From Azolla caroliniana (lineage: Eukaryota > Plantae > Polypodiophyta), in NCBI GenBank assembly GCA_043228905.1, contig JBHGNT010000002.1, positions 20,522,001 through 20,586,000 of the forward strand: a DNA stretch of 64,000 nt, in the 5' to 3' direction. Position 1 is the first letter of the stretch. Every line of letters starts with the position of its first letter. Position numbers and translations under genes: made by a program. Of the stretch, positions 61,540 to 64,000 are shown in pieces. A model generated the notes under the pieces. The model did no database searches, had not been told where the DNA came from, and saw nothing but the letters and a program-made list of their open reading frames with translations.

Positions 61540-61930
61540 CATCATCCTCTACAAACACCTTGAATATTCAGGCTTCGTAATCCTCTCAAGAAGAGTCTTG
61601 TGTAAAAAGATCCACACAATTTTCCTCCATCACGACAATACTCTAAATTCACATTTTCATCCAAAATGAATTCTTGCATGAAGTGGCATTGAATTATCAA
61701 CACATTTGATAAGGCCATGAGAAACCAAATACATTGTGATAGTGATGAAACTTTGGCTATCACATCCTATTCACATTGGCCCCTCCTTTAAATGTCATCC
61801 TGATTTTTGTTATAAGCTTTCATAGCCATCATACTTCATATTCTACATAACATGCTTTTCTTTGCTCCATTTCTACCTAGGATAGAAAAACATTTGCTTG
61901 GTTCATGAAAAATCTTCCTCCTATCTCTCT
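61540..61930 (-). mobile_element. Decayed copia RNase H remnant
   Basis: IQCHFMQEFILDENVNLEYC and downstream ADLFT-like bases (compare [25 protein letters not shown] in the intact element). Confidence 0.5.
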
Positions 61931-62947
61931 TTTGGAAACCTTCGTAGAGAGAGATCCTCAAGATCCGATGGAGCCCCAAATGGGGGTTTGAAGCAATGGA
62001 GGGGTTCTTGATTGCTAATTTTTAACAATCAACCATTGGATTAACAACCAACTACACAATCCTATTTAATTGGCTGAATGGCCTAGTTATAATGGTCAGT
62101 CCATAGAAGAATCACTGTATATATATTGTTATAATATAGAAAAGGAAGTGTGTCTTGTCTCTTATCAAATCTTCATATTAATCTGTGTTCATGCCATGTT
62201 ATATTGTTATTATCTCTCGCTTCTATTCTTCTCTGGTATTCTCCTGTCTATGCAGGGCATGCAAAAAAATATCATAGGCAAGCATTGGGAGCAGGGGCAT
62301 TAAGGTTAGGACACATTCTGAGTGTCTCCTCATTCTCCTAAAAATAACATTATGAATAGTAGGTCTATCAAGATGCCCTTAGTCTAAACTAATCTGCATT
62401 AACCATTGGGTAGTGTAACTGTCTTGTGCTGCCCTTTAATGCTTGTTTTATGTAGGTTAGACTGGGATAGTGAATAGAGATTTCACTCAAAAAGAGTTAA
62501 GAGAAAGCCAAAGATGCAAAGGTAATCTCTGCCTGCCAATCGGAACAATCCCAATGTAATTTGGGTTTAATTCGTTCAATCAAATCAGTAGGTAGTAACG
62601 GCATACAAACTAATTTTAATGTTGGGGTTTTTTATAGTGCCAACCCTACATCACGCGAAACTGTTATATCTAGCATTTAGTTATGCCCACTATTCAAGAA
62701 ATGGGCCTATCACAGGTTTGCCTTAATACTTTTGCTAATATTGTCATACTACAGGAGACCAGTTGTCTTAACTTCCATAAATCTAGCACATACTACATCC
62801 ATTTCTAGCTAGGAAACTATTCTTTTTACATTACAGAAAGCACTGATTATGGAAGCATAATATTATCTCCAACCTATATATATACATTGCTGAAAAACAG
62901 AATTGGTAGTAAACAATCCTTTGTTTACATTGGGTTTTTAAGGCCGT

Positions 62948-64000
62948 TTACAGACGAACTTCAAACCATTGGACTACACCGGATCCATCACATATCTCGA
63001 GTTCACATGCCGATTCCAACAGATATGTAGTGGCGGCATCCAGGTCATTAAATCTCGAAAGATCATCAGGGAGAGAGCTATTTGGCCAATTTTCAAGCCA
63101 TCCTCTCAATCTCGTTCGAAGCTCTTCCAAGTCGACAAACACTTCATCTTTCCCGGGTTCAATGAGCACATAATCTTCACAGTCCCCGTATAGTGCGGAT
63201 CTTGAACCTAGCTTAGCAAACACCTTGTGATGCCAGAAAATCTCAACTTAGTCAGAGATTTAGAATAATATTGATAAGTCGGATACCTGATTATAGATAT
63301 CCAAGTAACAAAACTGAAATGGTTTTAATTTTATCAGGATACAAGGCATAGTATGGGTTTTCAGCAGCAAATTTCAAATTACATTGTACATGTGTGGATC
63401 GAATTGCAAGGTTATGTATGTTGTTTAAGGCCTCTGACAGTGATGGGATCACATAGCTAATATTCCGATTGTCACTGTGTTGATCCATTCGTTCCAAAGC
63501 AAAGCAGTCTTAGGCCTACTTGGAGAAAAAGATATCTAATGTTATCTTAAGAGAATTTAAATCTAATTCATTGGTTCTAACTGATTGTGTTTGTGTTTGG
63601 CTGAGTCTGAGAAATTGCAGTACATATTTCACCTTCATTCTTCAACAAACTCATGAATCACGATAGAATCCTCTCTTCTAATATATGCATGTATAAGATA
63701 TGGCATAAGAAAATCAGGACTAACCAAAATAGAATTGAAATATGGATCATTCAGAGTGACAGTAAAAAACCCAAATTTGTTAACAAGACATTCCTTGTCA
63801 GAAAAGGAGGAATATTGGATGCAGTGATGAAGAAGAATGGAACACGGTAATACTTACAGGAGATATAGAGGAGGATCCATTCTTTGAGATCGAATCCGCC
63901 ACGGAGCTCCCAACATTGATGACCTTAGGTTCTGTCCATGGAGAACAAGAAGACAATGGGAGAGGATATAGAGAAGCAGAAGTAGAGGTAGTAGAAGGAA
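62948..64000 (-). CDS. CRR7: CHLORORESPIRATORY REDUCTION 7 (chloroplast NDH subcomplex A assembly factor), 5'-partial
   Basis: Last exon 63223-62948 (AG acceptor at 63225-63224): DYVLIEPGKDEVFV..EELRTRLRGWLENWP..LPDDLSRF..CELEI..VQWFEVRL. The probable upstream exon (window end to 63858, GTAAGT donor) encodes an in-frame Ser/Thr-rich transit-peptide-like sequence. The start codon lies outside the window. Confidence 0.9.

Noticed and set aside
63633-63677. Candidate 45-nt middle exon of CRR7 (AG...GT bounded on the minus strand)
   Set aside because: It has stop codons in all three frames.

Overview
Land-plant nuclear DNA, probably a seed-free vascular plant such as a fern or lycophyte (inferred from the rbcS mature N-terminus and abundant intronic RTE/RTEX-type LINEs). 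Four host genes are present: a PP2A B'/B56 regulatory subunit (+, 2 coding exons, 4508-12838), a 10-exon GPI-type A1 aspartic protease (A36/A39-like, +, 36641-51349), rbcS (-, 53288-53957) and a 5'-partial CRR7 (-, from 62948 to the window end). The rest is mostly transposon-derived: a very young intact Ty1/copia element with non-canonical TG...TA termini (14362-19819), a full-length L1-clade LINE with a 17-bp TSD (25353-32415), several truncated L1 and RTE/RTEX copies, four non-autonomous hAT elements, decayed gypsy and copia remnants, and many tandem repeats. The most interesting observations are: (i) a canonical PCNA-binding PIP-box motif (Q-R-T-[IM]-[AT]-T-F-[FY]) in the ORF2 C-terminal tail of five intronic RTE-like LINE copies; (ii) an apparently exact 228-bp templated insertion with a 17-bp target duplication and a fold-back filler; (iii) a decayed tandem array of ~500-560 bp units, each carrying a tRNA-His-like sequence; (iv) a copia LTR packed with hairpins; (v) an extra, apparently folded C-terminal domain on the L1 ORF1. 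All comparisons were made by eye and no database searches were run.
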